Origin: Longimicrobiales bacterium
Lineage (GTDB): Bacteria; Gemmatimonadota; Gemmatimonadetes; Longimicrobiales; Gaopeijiaceae
NCBI GenBank assembly: GCA_963422615.1
Contig: OY730414.1
Span: forward strand, 2,154,302-2,218,301
Length of the DNA stretch: 64,000 nt
Reading direction: 5' to 3'
The translations under genes and the position numbers were made by a program. This document shows positions 14,716 to 23,774 of this stretch, in pieces (the first letter of the stretch is position 1; each line of letters begins with the position of its first letter). The notes below the pieces were generated by a model. The model made no database searches. It worked only from the letters and a program-made list of their open reading frames with translations, and was not told the DNA's origin.

Positions 14716-16959
14716 TTGTTCCCCTGGTTTTTCAAATTCGCCCCCCCATCCGCCCCGCGCCCCCGTCCTTCCGATCGGCCGCCCTCCGATCCTGTAGGAA
14801 GGTCAGAAATCCCTGTCCGCCTTCGACGCCTGATCGCCCCCTTCGGGCCTCCCATTCCCACTGGGCTTGCCGCGCTGTCCTTCCTCCTCTCCGGGTTCGC
14901 CGCGGTGGGGATGTCCCGCGCCGCCACAGCCCAAGAGGAGGACGCCTACATCTGGCTGGAGGAAGTAGAAGGGGAACGGGCTTTGGCTTGGGCCGTCGAA
15001 CAGAGCGAAAGCACGCTGCGCGAATTCGAAGCGCTTCCCATCTTCGGCGAGCTGGAACGAGCTGCTCTGGAGGTCTTGGCCTCCTCGGACCGAATCGCCT
15101 ATCCCAGTGTCCGCGGCGGCCATATCTACAACTTCTGGTCGGACTCTCGCCATCCTCGGGGGGTCTACCGGCGGACATCCTGGGACGCCTATCTGTCGGG
15201 TGAGCCGGCTTGGGAGACCGTTCTGGACATCGACGCCCTCGCCGAAGCGGAAGACGTTCCGTGGACCTACCGGGGCATGTCCTGTCTCCCACCCGAAGAC
15301 CGCCACTGTCTCGTCGCCCTTTCCCGGGGCGGTGCGGACGCGGTCGAAACCAGAGAGTTCGACCTGGCGGCCAAGGCATTCGTGGACGACGGCTTCTTCT
15401 TGCCCGAAGCCAAGGGAGGGGCGTCCTTCATCGATTCGGAGACGGTGCTCGTCGCGACGGACTTCGGCCCCGGCACGTTGACCACGTCCGGCTATCCCCG
15501 CCAAGTCCGCCTTTGGCGGCGAGGCACGTCCCCAGGAGAGGCGGAGATACGCTACGAGGCGCCGGAGACGGATATGGCGGTGTCCGCCGGCACCTGGAAA
15601 ATCGGCGGCGATCCCTACGGCGTGATCACGCACTTCCAGACCATCTTCGAGCGCACGAGTTACATCCTCATCAACGGTGAACTGCGGCAGATCGAAACGC
15701 CAGCGGATGCCACTACCTTCATCTCCGGGGATTATTTGGTCGTTCGCACGGTGTCGGAGTGGACCGTAGGCGGCCGAACCTTCTCGCCGGCCACCGTCGT
15801 GGCCATCGGGGTTCATGCCTTCCTGGCAGGGGAACGGGACTTTGAGGTTGTCGCCGAATCCGAGGACAAAAGGGTGGTTCAGGGAGCTTCGGCAACCCGG
15901 GACCACTTGCTGGTGAGCGTCCTGGACAACGTCCAGGGGGAGCTCTGGCGTTATTCTCGAACAGACGGGAAATGGACCGGTGAAAGGCTCCCTGCGCCCC
16001 CGATGGGATCCTTGAACGTTGTGGCGACGGACGATCAGTCGAACCGGTTCTTCTTCACCTACAGCGGCTTCACCCAGCCGACCACTCTCTACTTGGCCGA
16101 AGAGGACGGTCGGATTCGGGAGGTGCGGCAGCTACCCGACATGTTCGAAGCCTCCGATTTGGTGGTTGAACAGCACCACGCGGTTTCGGCAGACGGTACT
16201 GAGATTCCGTTCTTCATCGTCCACCGGGAGAATATCTCTCACAACGGCACCAACCCTACGCTCCTGACCGCCTACGGTGGCTTTCAAATTTCCAGGACCG
16301 CAGGATACAGCGCCCTGGCGGGCAAGGCGTGGATGGAGCGGGGCGGCGTTTACGTTCTGGCGAACATCCGGGGCGGCGGGGAGTTCGGCCCCGCATGGTG
16401 GCGCGCGGCTCTGAAAGAGAACCGGCAACGGGCCTACGACGACTTCCTCGCGGTCGCGGAGTGGCTCGTGGACCACGGGCTCACTTCTCCCCGGCACCTG
16501 GGCATCCAGGGAGGCTCCAACGGGGGACTTCTGGTGGGTGCGGCCATGACCCAGCGCCCAGACCTGTTCAACGCGGTCGTCGCCCAGGTTCCGTTGCTAG
16601 ACATGCGCCGGTACCACACGCTGCTGGCAGGAGCAAGCTGGATGGCGGAGTACGGGGATCCCGACGACCCCCTGGAGTGGGCGTACATCGGGGAGTATTC
16701 CCCCTACCAGAACGTGCAACCCGGCGTGGCGTACCCCCGTCCCCTGTTCACAACCACGACCCGGGACGATCGGGTGCATCCCGGCCACGCCCGCAAGATG
16801 GCGGCGAAGATGACGGACATGGGACACGACGTTCTCTACTATGAGACCACGGAGGGGGGCCACGGTGCCGGCGTGACCCCGGCCCAGCGCGCGAGGATGT
16901 ACGCGCTGATCTACTCGTACCTGTGGAACCGGCTGGGGCCACCCGCCGGCGTGTCTTGA
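14716..16959 (+). CDS. Prolyl oligopeptidase family (S9A) serine peptidase, probably exported
   Basis: YIWLEEVEG, ANIRGGGEFG, catalytic GGSNGG, DDRVHP and GGHG. Start uncertain (may be later than 14716). Confidence 0.93.
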   Translation: MFPWFFKFAPPSAPRPRPSDRPPSDPVGRSEIPVRLRRLIAPFGPPIPTGLAALSFLLSGFAAVGMSRAATAQEEDAYIWLEEVEGERALAWAVEQSESTLREFEALPIFGELERAALEVLASSDRIAYPSVRGGHIYNFWSDSRHPRGVYRRTSWDAYLSGEPAWETVLDIDALAEAEDVPWTYRGMSCLPPEDRHCLVALSRGGADAVETREFDLAAKAFVDDGFFLPEAKGGASFIDSETVLVATDFGPGTLTTSGYPRQVRLWRRGTSPGEAEIRYEAPETDMAVSAGTWKIGGDPYGVITHFQTIFERTSYILINGELRQIETPADATTFISGDYLVVRTVSEWTVGGRTFSPATVVAIGVHAFLAGERDFEVVAESEDKRVVQGASATRDHLLVSVLDNVQGELWRYSRTDGKWTGERLPAPPMGSLNVVATDDQSNRFFFTYSGFTQPTTLYLAEEDGRIREVRQLPDMFEASDLVVEQHHAVSADGTEIPFFIVHRENISHNGTNPTLLTAYGGFQISRTAGYSALAGKAWMERGGVYVLANIRGGGEFGPAWWRAALKENRQRAYDDFLAVAEWLVDHGLTSPRHLGIQGGSNGGLLVGAAMTQRPDLFNAVVAQVPLLDMRRYHTLLAGASWMAEYGDPDDPLEWAYIGEYSPYQNVQPGVAYPRPLFTTTTRDDRVHPGHARKMAAKMTDMGHDVLYYETTEGGHGAGVTPAQRARMYALIYSYLWNRLGPPAGVS

Positions 16960-16978
16960 GGGAGTCAACCACCCGCCG

Positions 16979-17878
16979 TCAGAGCAGCGGTGGCATGGGG
17001 TTGTCGATTGTGCCGACTTCCTCTTCGGCCGCCGAGAGGCCCTTCTCTGGAGCATCCCGCATGACGAGCTCGAATTTGCGCTTGGTCGCGCCCACCTCGT
17101 GCCGGGCGAGCAGATCCGCAAGCTTTTGGCCGTTCATCAGCGCGACCGGGGAAGCGTCCGAACGCTCGGCCTCTCTGCGGGCGCCCCTGCTGAAGTCGCT
17201 GGTCGTGATGATCAGCCCCTGCTCGTGGGCGCCCAAGCTGCCGCGCACCTGCTGGATGACGGGTGCGGGTACGTTGGCCTTCCAACGCTTTGCCTGCACG
17301 GCCATCCGAATGCGGACGACATCGCCGACGACGAGATCGCCCCGTACATCGACGCCGCCGTCGCCGCCAAGAGGCGTCACTTCGACTTCCTCAAAGCCCA
17401 TCTTGCGGAGCAGCTGTCCCACAAGACCCTCGAAGTCGGCCGGCGAACCCTTGCGGGCCCGATCAAGGAGCTCGGCCCGGGCGCTGCGATTGTGCTCTTT
17501 GATCCGGCCAAAGATATCGGAGGGGTCTTCCGTTTCGTCCTCCCCGGGGGTCTTCCGTTTCGTCCTCTTCGGGGGGGGGCTTTCGGGGGGTCCTTCTTTT
17601 CGTTCTTTCCGTGAGGGCAGGACGGGGCCAACCGTTCCGCCCTTGCCCTTGGGCGGCCTTGATCCAACAACCGTGTAGACACCAGGAGCCGTGCGCAGGA
17701 AGCGGGATTTCGGATTGTGCTTGATGTCCGCACTGATCCCCGCATTCACGGTGGCCAAAGGGGTTTTTCCGCTTGTTTGCCAAAGGCCTTGGCCAATCAC
17801 GCGGTCGGTGATCTCGTTGTAGTGAAGCGGCTTCCCGGCTTCCCGAAGGACTAGGTAGGCGGCCTCAATCACCGTCAT
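16979..17878 (-). CDS. HARE-HTH (winged HTH) plus Mrr-family restriction endonuclease (Type IV-like)
   Basis: N-terminal EAAYLVLREAGKPLHYNEIT...GKTPLATV. C-terminal FEGLVGQLLRKMGF, DGGVD, VQAKRW, ITTSDF and LMNG. Confidence 0.88.
   Translation of the reverse strand: MTVIEAAYLVLREAGKPLHYNEITDRVIGQGLWQTSGKTPLATVNAGISADIKHNPKSRFLRTAPGVYTVVGSRPPKGKGGTVGPVLPSRKERKEGPPESPPPKRTKRKTPGEDETEDPSDIFGRIKEHNRSARAELLDRARKGSPADFEGLVGQLLRKMGFEEVEVTPLGGDGGVDVRGDLVVGDVVRIRMAVQAKRWKANVPAPVIQQVRGSLGAHEQGLIITTSDFSRGARREAERSDASPVALMNGQKLADLLARHEVGATKRKFELVMRDAPEKGLSAAEEEVGTIDNPMPPLL
17522..17579 (-). repeat. C9 tract plus a 21-bp direct repeat with a 25-bp period in the Mrr linker
   Basis: GGGGTCTTCCGTTTCGTCCTC at 17522-17542 and 17547-17567; G9 on the plus strand at 17571-17579. 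Confidence 0.9.
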
Positions 17879-17924
17879 TTCACCACTTCCCGAAATGTCA
17901 CCAAGCAAAGTCTACAACCCCCCA

Positions 17925-19844
17925 TCAGCAGCTCACGCACCGATGGTTGTTCTTCGCCCCCAGCCTCTCCAGCAAGGCCACGGTCTCCGGAAAGGGCTGG
18001 ATCCTCTGCACGGGGCCGTTGGCCATGTCGACGGCCGTCTGGCCGCTTCGGGCCACGGCGGTGACGTCGGCGCCCTGTTCTACCAAGTACAGGATCATCT
18101 CGTTGTCTCCCCGGGCCGCGGCATGGTGAACGGGCGTGAAGCCGTTGTGGTCCCGCTGGTTCACGTCGGCGCCCAGCTCTTCCACGAGAAACCGGAGTGC
18201 GGGAAGCCAGCCACCGGGGGCGTGACGGTGGGAGTTTCCCGCAAACCCCTGCCCGTACCCGACCCCTGCCGCGGCGTGGATCGGGTAGACGGCGGGTCCG
18301 CCCACGGGCACGGGGGGCAGCCCCGAGTCGTCCGTCGTGTCCCCGCGACCGAACCGGCGCTGGGGCACCTTGATCGTGGGAAGATGGGGGTCGGCGCCGT
18401 ACGCCAGCAGCAGTTTCATGGCAGGAAGATCGGTGGCGTGCACCGCCCGCCAGAACGGGGTGGCGCCGGTGCGGTCCACACCCAGAAGGTCCCGGTTGTA
18501 GGTGGTGTACCAAAGGGTGCGGCGGAGCCGGGCGTTCACGTCGGCCCCGGCGTCCAGCAGCGCTCGCATGAGCTCCAGATAGCCGATCTCCTGCTGCTGG
18601 TAGACCAGGGGTTGGGGATGCCGGGCCTTGGGCGCCCAGTGCAGGTTGAGCACGGCGTAAAGGGGCGTGGCCCCGGCGTCACTCCCCAAGTTCGGGTCGG
18701 CCCCTCGTCGCAACAGCAGGGCCACGAGGTCGAAGTAGCCGTTGATCGCGGCCATCAACATGGGCGTGGTACCGTCGGCAGCGCTGGGAAGGTCGATGTC
18801 CGCCCCGCCGTTCAAGAGGGCCTCAACCGTGGCCCCGTGACCTTCCCGGGCCGCCAAGTGCAGGGCCGACAAGCCGCCATGCGTGCCCACCAGACCGGCG
18901 AAGTTGAGGGGCACGGGCTCCCCGGTCCGCTGCCGGGCTTCCAAGGCCTCTCGGGCGGCGTCCCGAGCCTGAACTTCCCGGGAAGCGCCCCCGCCCGAAG
19001 ACGCCGTAGAACGGCGGACTTGAACCGCCGAGCGGTCGCCGCCTCCGGCCCGCGAACGGCTCCGGTCTCCTTGATCCGGCGGCTCCCCACCCCCTTCGGC
19101 CGCAAGCTCACCTCCCGCCCGGAGCCGCGCGATCTCCGCCCGCCGACGCCCCTCCGCCATCCGGTCGACAATGTCCCGCTCAACCAGATCGATCACTCCC
19201 CCGGTCGCCCGGACATCGGCCCCGGCCCCGAGCAACGCCACGACCGCTTCTGCGCGGCCCAGCGCGGCGGCGAACATGAGGGGCGTCTGTGCCCACTGGG
19301 GCTCCCTCGCGTCCACGGAAGCGCCGTGGTCCAACAACGCTGTCACCGCCTGCACGTCCCCCGACGCCGCGGCAAAGTGCAACGGGGACGCTCCGGTCGT
19401 CGTGAGGGCGGTCACCTTGGCACCCGCCCGGACCAGGAGGTTCACGACCTCGCCCTGACCCTCCTTGGCCGCCACGTGAAGGGGCGTGTGGGCCCCCAGA
19501 CGGGTTCCCGACTCCAAATCGGCTCCGGCCCGGATGAGGGCTCGGGCCATCTCCCCGCTTCCGTGGAAAGCCGCCCAGTGGAGGCCGGTCATGCCGTCCC
19601 CATGGGCCGCGTCCACATCGGCGCCCTCTTGCAGCAGCGCCCGCACGGTCTCCGCATCGCCCCGCCTCGCCGCGTCGGCAACCGGCGCATCCGGGGACCC
19701 TTCTTCCTCCAAACTGGAGGCCGGCCCCCCGGCCAGCCCCGCTCCGACTCTCTCGACGGACAAAACGCCGAGCTCGGGCCGCAGTGCCAAGCCTACAAGG
19801 AGAACAACGCCCAGGACGTGCACTCGCAACCCGTGTGCGACCAT
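17925..19844 (-). CDS. Secreted ankyrin-repeat protein, copy 2
   Basis: Signal-like N-terminus, many TPLH/GADV ankyrin repeats, C-terminal NNHRCVSC. Confidence 0.92.
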   Translation of the reverse strand: MVAHGLRVHVLGVVLLVGLALRPELGVLSVERVGAGLAGGPASSLEEEGSPDAPVADAARRGDAETVRALLQEGADVDAAHGDGMTGLHWAAFHGSGEMARALIRAGADLESGTRLGAHTPLHVAAKEGQGEVVNLLVRAGAKVTALTTTGASPLHFAAASGDVQAVTALLDHGASVDAREPQWAQTPLMFAAALGRAEAVVALLGAGADVRATGGVIDLVERDIVDRMAEGRRRAEIARLRAGGELAAEGGGEPPDQGDRSRSRAGGGDRSAVQVRRSTASSGGGASREVQARDAAREALEARQRTGEPVPLNFAGLVGTHGGLSALHLAAREGHGATVEALLNGGADIDLPSAADGTTPMLMAAINGYFDLVALLLRRGADPNLGSDAGATPLYAVLNLHWAPKARHPQPLVYQQQEIGYLELMRALLDAGADVNARLRRTLWYTTYNRDLLGVDRTGATPFWRAVHATDLPAMKLLLAYGADPHLPTIKVPQRRFGRGDTTDDSGLPPVPVGGPAVYPIHAAAGVGYGQGFAGNSHRHAPGGWLPALRFLVEELGADVNQRDHNGFTPVHHAAARGDNEMILYLVEQGADVTAVARSGQTAVDMANGPVQRIQPFPETVALLERLGAKNNHRCVSC

Positions 19845-19857
19845 TTCCTACGGCCTC

Positions 19858-21252
19858 CTATCCTGAAAGGGAGAACGCTCCCGTGCTGTCGCCGAAGCGC
19901 TCCACATCGTCCATGCCCAGCTTGTGCATGAAACCGAGCATCACGTTGGCCATGGGGGTGCCGGGCTCCGCCCGAAGGTGAAGGTTGCCGTCCAGGCGCC
20001 CGTTGGCCCCGCCCACCACGAAGAGAGGGCAGCGCTTGTGGTTGTGCACGTTGGAGTCGCCCATGGGCGAACCATAGATGACCATGGTCTGGTCCAGGAG
20101 GGTTTCGTCCCCAACCCGGATACTCTTCAGCCGATCAAGAAAGTAGGGGACCAAGCCCACATGGTAGCGATTGATTTCGGCGAACTCCAAGACGTTCGAA
20201 GGCGTGCCGCCGTGGTGGGAAGCGGGGTGGAAGCCCTTTTCGACCCCGCTCTCGGGATAGACCCGGCTGGAGGCGTCCCGGCCCATCTTGAAAGAGAAGA
20301 CCCGGGTCACATCCGACTCGAAGGCCAGGGCCTGAAGGTCGAACATGAGCTTCACGTGCTCATCAAAGGAATCGGGCACGCCTGCCGGGGCCCCGGGCAG
20401 CTCCCTCGCCTCCCCGCTTTGGTTCCGCTCGACCACGCGCTGAATCCGCCGCTCGATCTCCCGGACGTTGTCCAGATAGCGGTCCATGCGACGCCGGTCT
20501 TCGGGGTCCAGGGCTCGCTGGAGGGCGCGCACTTCGCCCACGACGAAGTCGAGGATACTCCGGCTTGCCTGCCGTCTCGACCGACGGGCCTCAGGCGTAC
20601 CCCCGGCCCCGAATAGCTGGTCGAAGGCCACCCGGGGGTCGCGCACCATGGGGAGAGGCTGGTCGGGTGCCGCCCACGAAATCGTGTCCGTGTACACGCA
20701 GGCGTATCCGTAGGCGCAACCGCCCGCTTGGTCCACATTCTCAATGCACAGCTGCATGGACGGGATGGGGGTGTCCTGGCCGAAACGGCGGGCGTACAGC
20801 TGATCCATGGATGTGCCCACGTACACATCCGAGCTCTCCGTCTGCTTCGGGTGGGCCTGGGTGAGAAACGTTGCGCTCGACCGGAAATGGTCGCCGCCGA
20901 TTTCCTTCGGCTTCGTCGCCTCGGCCCCCCGGACATCCGTGTCGCTTATGATCGTGAGGACATCCCTGTACGGCTCCATGGCCCTCAGGACGCTGGAGCC
21001 GAAGTCGAATTCCTTCCCGGTTGTGGGTGGGGACCAAAGGTGCTGGGTCGCCCCCCAGGCGTTGCTCCCGGCCGCGCCGTGAACCATCTCGATGGCAACG
21101 AGGCGGGTTCGGTCCAGCTTCGCCCGGGCCCGAGTGGCGGCCCACGCCTCTCCCGCCGGGATCATGGCGTCAAGGAAGGGAAGGGCGACGGTCCCCCCGA
21201 AGCCTCGAAGGAACGTCCTTCGGGGCAGGTGCTTGCCTGTCAGGACGTTCAC
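19858..21252 (-). CDS. DUF1552 (HXXSHH) family protein, copy 2
   Basis: Twin-arginine-like RRTFLRG, ALPFLDAM, CAYGYACVY, FHPASHH and GDSNVHNH. Confidence 0.9.
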   Translation of the reverse strand: MNVLTGKHLPRRTFLRGFGGTVALPFLDAMIPAGEAWAATRARAKLDRTRLVAIEMVHGAAGSNAWGATQHLWSPPTTGKEFDFGSSVLRAMEPYRDVLTIISDTDVRGAEATKPKEIGGDHFRSSATFLTQAHPKQTESSDVYVGTSMDQLYARRFGQDTPIPSMQLCIENVDQAGGCAYGYACVYTDTISWAAPDQPLPMVRDPRVAFDQLFGAGGTPEARRSRRQASRSILDFVVGEVRALQRALDPEDRRRMDRYLDNVREIERRIQRVVERNQSGEARELPGAPAGVPDSFDEHVKLMFDLQALAFESDVTRVFSFKMGRDASSRVYPESGVEKGFHPASHHGGTPSNVLEFAEINRYHVGLVPYFLDRLKSIRVGDETLLDQTMVIYGSPMGDSNVHNHKRCPLFVVGGANGRLDGNLHLRAEPGTPMANVMLGFMHKLGMDDVERFGDSTGAFSLSG

Positions 21253-23774
21253 GAAGCCCCTCCTTCCCTCTCCTCCGGGAGCTCACCGGCCGCAGAAGAG
21301 GGAGCCCTCTTCATTTGGAAGGCATGACTGCCGACCACTCCCAGGATGAATTCGGACATGCGATACTCCTGTTCTCCGGCCAGCCGCGCAACACGCCTCA
21401 CGGCGGGCATATCGTAGGGCTCCAGGCGTCGCCCGAGGGCGTAGGCCAGGAGGTTCTCGGTGAACGTGCGCACCAAGGGCTCGGGCCTCCGAAGCAGCGC
21501 CGAACGCAGGTCACTCGGTGAAGCCACAGGCGTGCCGTCGTACAACGCCCCGGCAGCGTCGACGGGCACCCCCTGGTCCTTGATCCGCCACGCGCCGGTG
21601 ACGTCGAAGTTCTCCAGGGCGAGACCGATGGGATCGATCACCCGATGGCAGGAGCTGCAGGCCGGGTTGGCCCGATGCGCTTCCATCCGCTCCCTGACGG
21701 TAAGAAAGCGGCCCTCCTCCACCGCCTCCTCCTCCAGCTCGGGCACATCGGGAGGCGGCGGAGGAGGAGGCGTCCCCAACAGCACCTCCATGACCCACTT
21801 GCCCCGGAGCACGGGCGAAGTCCGGCCCGCATGGGACGTGAGGGTAAGGATGCTCCCGTGGCCCAAAAGGCCCCGTCTTTCGGGATTCAAGTAGTCCACC
21901 CGCTGAAACCGGCTCCCCGCCACGCCCGGGATTCCGTAGTGCCGGGCAAGACGCTCGTTGGCAAAGGTGTAGTCGGCCGTGAACAGCTCGAAGAAGGGCC
22001 TGTCCTCCCGGATCAAGAAATCGAAGAAGAGCGCCGTCTCTCTCCCCATGGCCCGCTTGAGCTGCGCGTCGAAGTCGGGATCGACCCGCACATCGGGCTG
22101 GATCTTCTCCAAATCCTGGAGACGAAGCCACTGGGCCGCGAAGCGGGTCGAAAGGGCCGAAGCCCGATCGTCCCGCAGCATCCGTCGCACTTGCTCCTCC
22201 AACAGCACCGGATCGGACAGCCGCCCCTCCCTGGCGGCCGCCATGAGCACCTCATCGGGGCCCGATCCCCACAAGAAAAAGGAGAGCCGAGCCGCCAGAT
22301 CCACGTCGCTGATCCGGTACGCGCCCTTCTCCGTTCCCGCATCGCCCGGCGGCTCTTCGAACCGGAAAATGAAGTGGGGACTCGCCAAGATGCCCTCCAG
22401 GGCCATGCGGACCCCGTCCTCGAACCCCCCCGCCGCTGCCCCGGCGCGGTAGAGCTCCAGGAGGGCCTCGACGTCCTGTCGGGTCAGGGACCTCCTGTAG
22501 GCCTGATTGCCCAACCGAACGACGATTTCCCGGGCGCAGGGCAAGGCTTCGGATGGAGACGGGGGACGGCAGGAAAAGACCCGAGCCCGGCTGGGCGTCT
22601 CGGAGACGCCGACGGAATTGTAGGGACCGCCCACCGCCAAGTCCCGAAGGTGAGGCAAGGCGGTGAAACCGTACGCCCCAGCGATGCTCGTGCTTGCCAG
22701 GGACCAGTCGTGAGGGGAGATCAGGTCCTGGAGGGGCCCCTCGACCCGGCGAATAAAGGCCGCCGATACCTGGCGGGGACCGGCATCCACGAACACGCGC
22801 CCCGTCCGGATGTTGACCCCGTCCGGATCCGACGCGTGCATCCAGCGGCTCACCTCCAGGACAGCAACCGGATCTCCGTCGACCGAAATCTCGAGAAGCT
22901 CCGGCTCCCCCTCTCTCGTGTGGAGGGCGTTGCGGCCATTGCCGAAGAGGGCGCCCGTGGTTTCGTGGTGGAAGGAGACCCGGAATTCGTATTCGCCGTC
23001 GGCAGGGAAGTTGTGCACGACCGACACCCCGCCCCGGGTCCCGTAGGGAGCTCCCTCAACCCGCTCCGTCTGGGAAGCCCACCGAGACACCCGGTACGTC
23101 GACTCGGTGGGGGTCACGTAGGGGTCGCCCAGGGCCAAGCGACTGACTTCGGCAGCGGCCCGAAGGTATCCGTCCGCCAGGGTGGCGGAGAGAAGCTGCA
23201 CGTCGGCGATATTGTCGAAGTTGGCGCTCTTGGTGTCCAGGGGCAGGTACTTTCCCGCGTCGACGTCGAGGTCCAGAAGGTCCCGGATTGACGCCTGGTA
23301 CTCGGCCCGGTTGAGGCGCTGGAAGGTACGCCGCCCCGGGTTGGGGTTGGCCGCCCAGGCCCGATCCAACTGGGCTTCTAGAGACCCGGCCAACGCGGCC
23401 AGGACCTCTTCCCCGGGTCTGCGGGACCCCGCCGGAGGCATCATGCCGGCACGAAGCTTGCGGACGATGCGTTCGGCGAGTTCGGCGTTCGCAGCCGCGT
23501 TGCCCGCATCGAAACGCTCCAGGGACATGTCCCCTCGAAGACGACGGTCGTTGTGGCAGCGAAGGCAGTACGCCTCAATGACTTCGTTTTCGGGGACGCC
23601 CCCTGCGCGAACCGGATCCCCACCGGATCCTCCCCTCACCGCGGGAGGGGCACCGCCGTCGTCCCGGTCCGCATCCGTCGGACCGGGCACATGCCGCGTC
23701 GTACCGAAGGCGGCGGCCCCGGCACTCGCCAGCAACAGGAGAACCGGATACCTCAACCCGCCCAAGCCGGTCAA
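21249..23774 (-). CDS. DUF1592/1588/1587/1585/1595 protein with two c-type heme motifs, copy 2
   Basis: CLRCH, RLNRAEY, RLSFFLW, TSPVLRGKWV, PPPPPP and CSSCH..IDPIG. Confidence 0.9.
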   Translation of the reverse strand: MTGLGGLRYPVLLLLASAGAAAFGTTRHVPGPTDADRDDGGAPPAVRGGSGGDPVRAGGVPENEVIEAYCLRCHNDRRLRGDMSLERFDAGNAAANAELAERIVRKLRAGMMPPAGSRRPGEEVLAALAGSLEAQLDRAWAANPNPGRRTFQRLNRAEYQASIRDLLDLDVDAGKYLPLDTKSANFDNIADVQLLSATLADGYLRAAAEVSRLALGDPYVTPTESTYRVSRWASQTERVEGAPYGTRGGVSVVHNFPADGEYEFRVSFHHETTGALFGNGRNALHTREGEPELLEISVDGDPVAVLEVSRWMHASDPDGVNIRTGRVFVDAGPRQVSAAFIRRVEGPLQDLISPHDWSLASTSIAGAYGFTALPHLRDLAVGGPYNSVGVSETPSRARVFSCRPPSPSEALPCAREIVVRLGNQAYRRSLTRQDVEALLELYRAGAAAGGFEDGVRMALEGILASPHFIFRFEEPPGDAGTEKGAYRISDVDLAARLSFFLWGSGPDEVLMAAAREGRLSDPVLLEEQVRRMLRDDRASALSTRFAAQWLRLQDLEKIQPDVRVDPDFDAQLKRAMGRETALFFDFLIREDRPFFELFTADYTFANERLARHYGIPGVAGSRFQRVDYLNPERRGLLGHGSILTLTSHAGRTSPVLRGKWVMEVLLGTPPPPPPPDVPELEEEAVEEGRFLTVRERMEAHRANPACSSCHRVIDPIGLALENFDVTGAWRIKDQGVPVDAAGALYDGTPVASPSDLRSALLRRPEPLVRTFTENLLAYALGRRLEPYDMPAVRRVARLAGEQEYRMSEFILGVVGSHAFQMKRAPSSAAGELPEEREGGAS

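Noticed and set aside
21750..21780. Poly-proline codon runs in the DUF1592 genes (also about 27520-27546)
   Set aside because: They encode the family's conserved PPPPPP motif in frame; not a contingency repeat.
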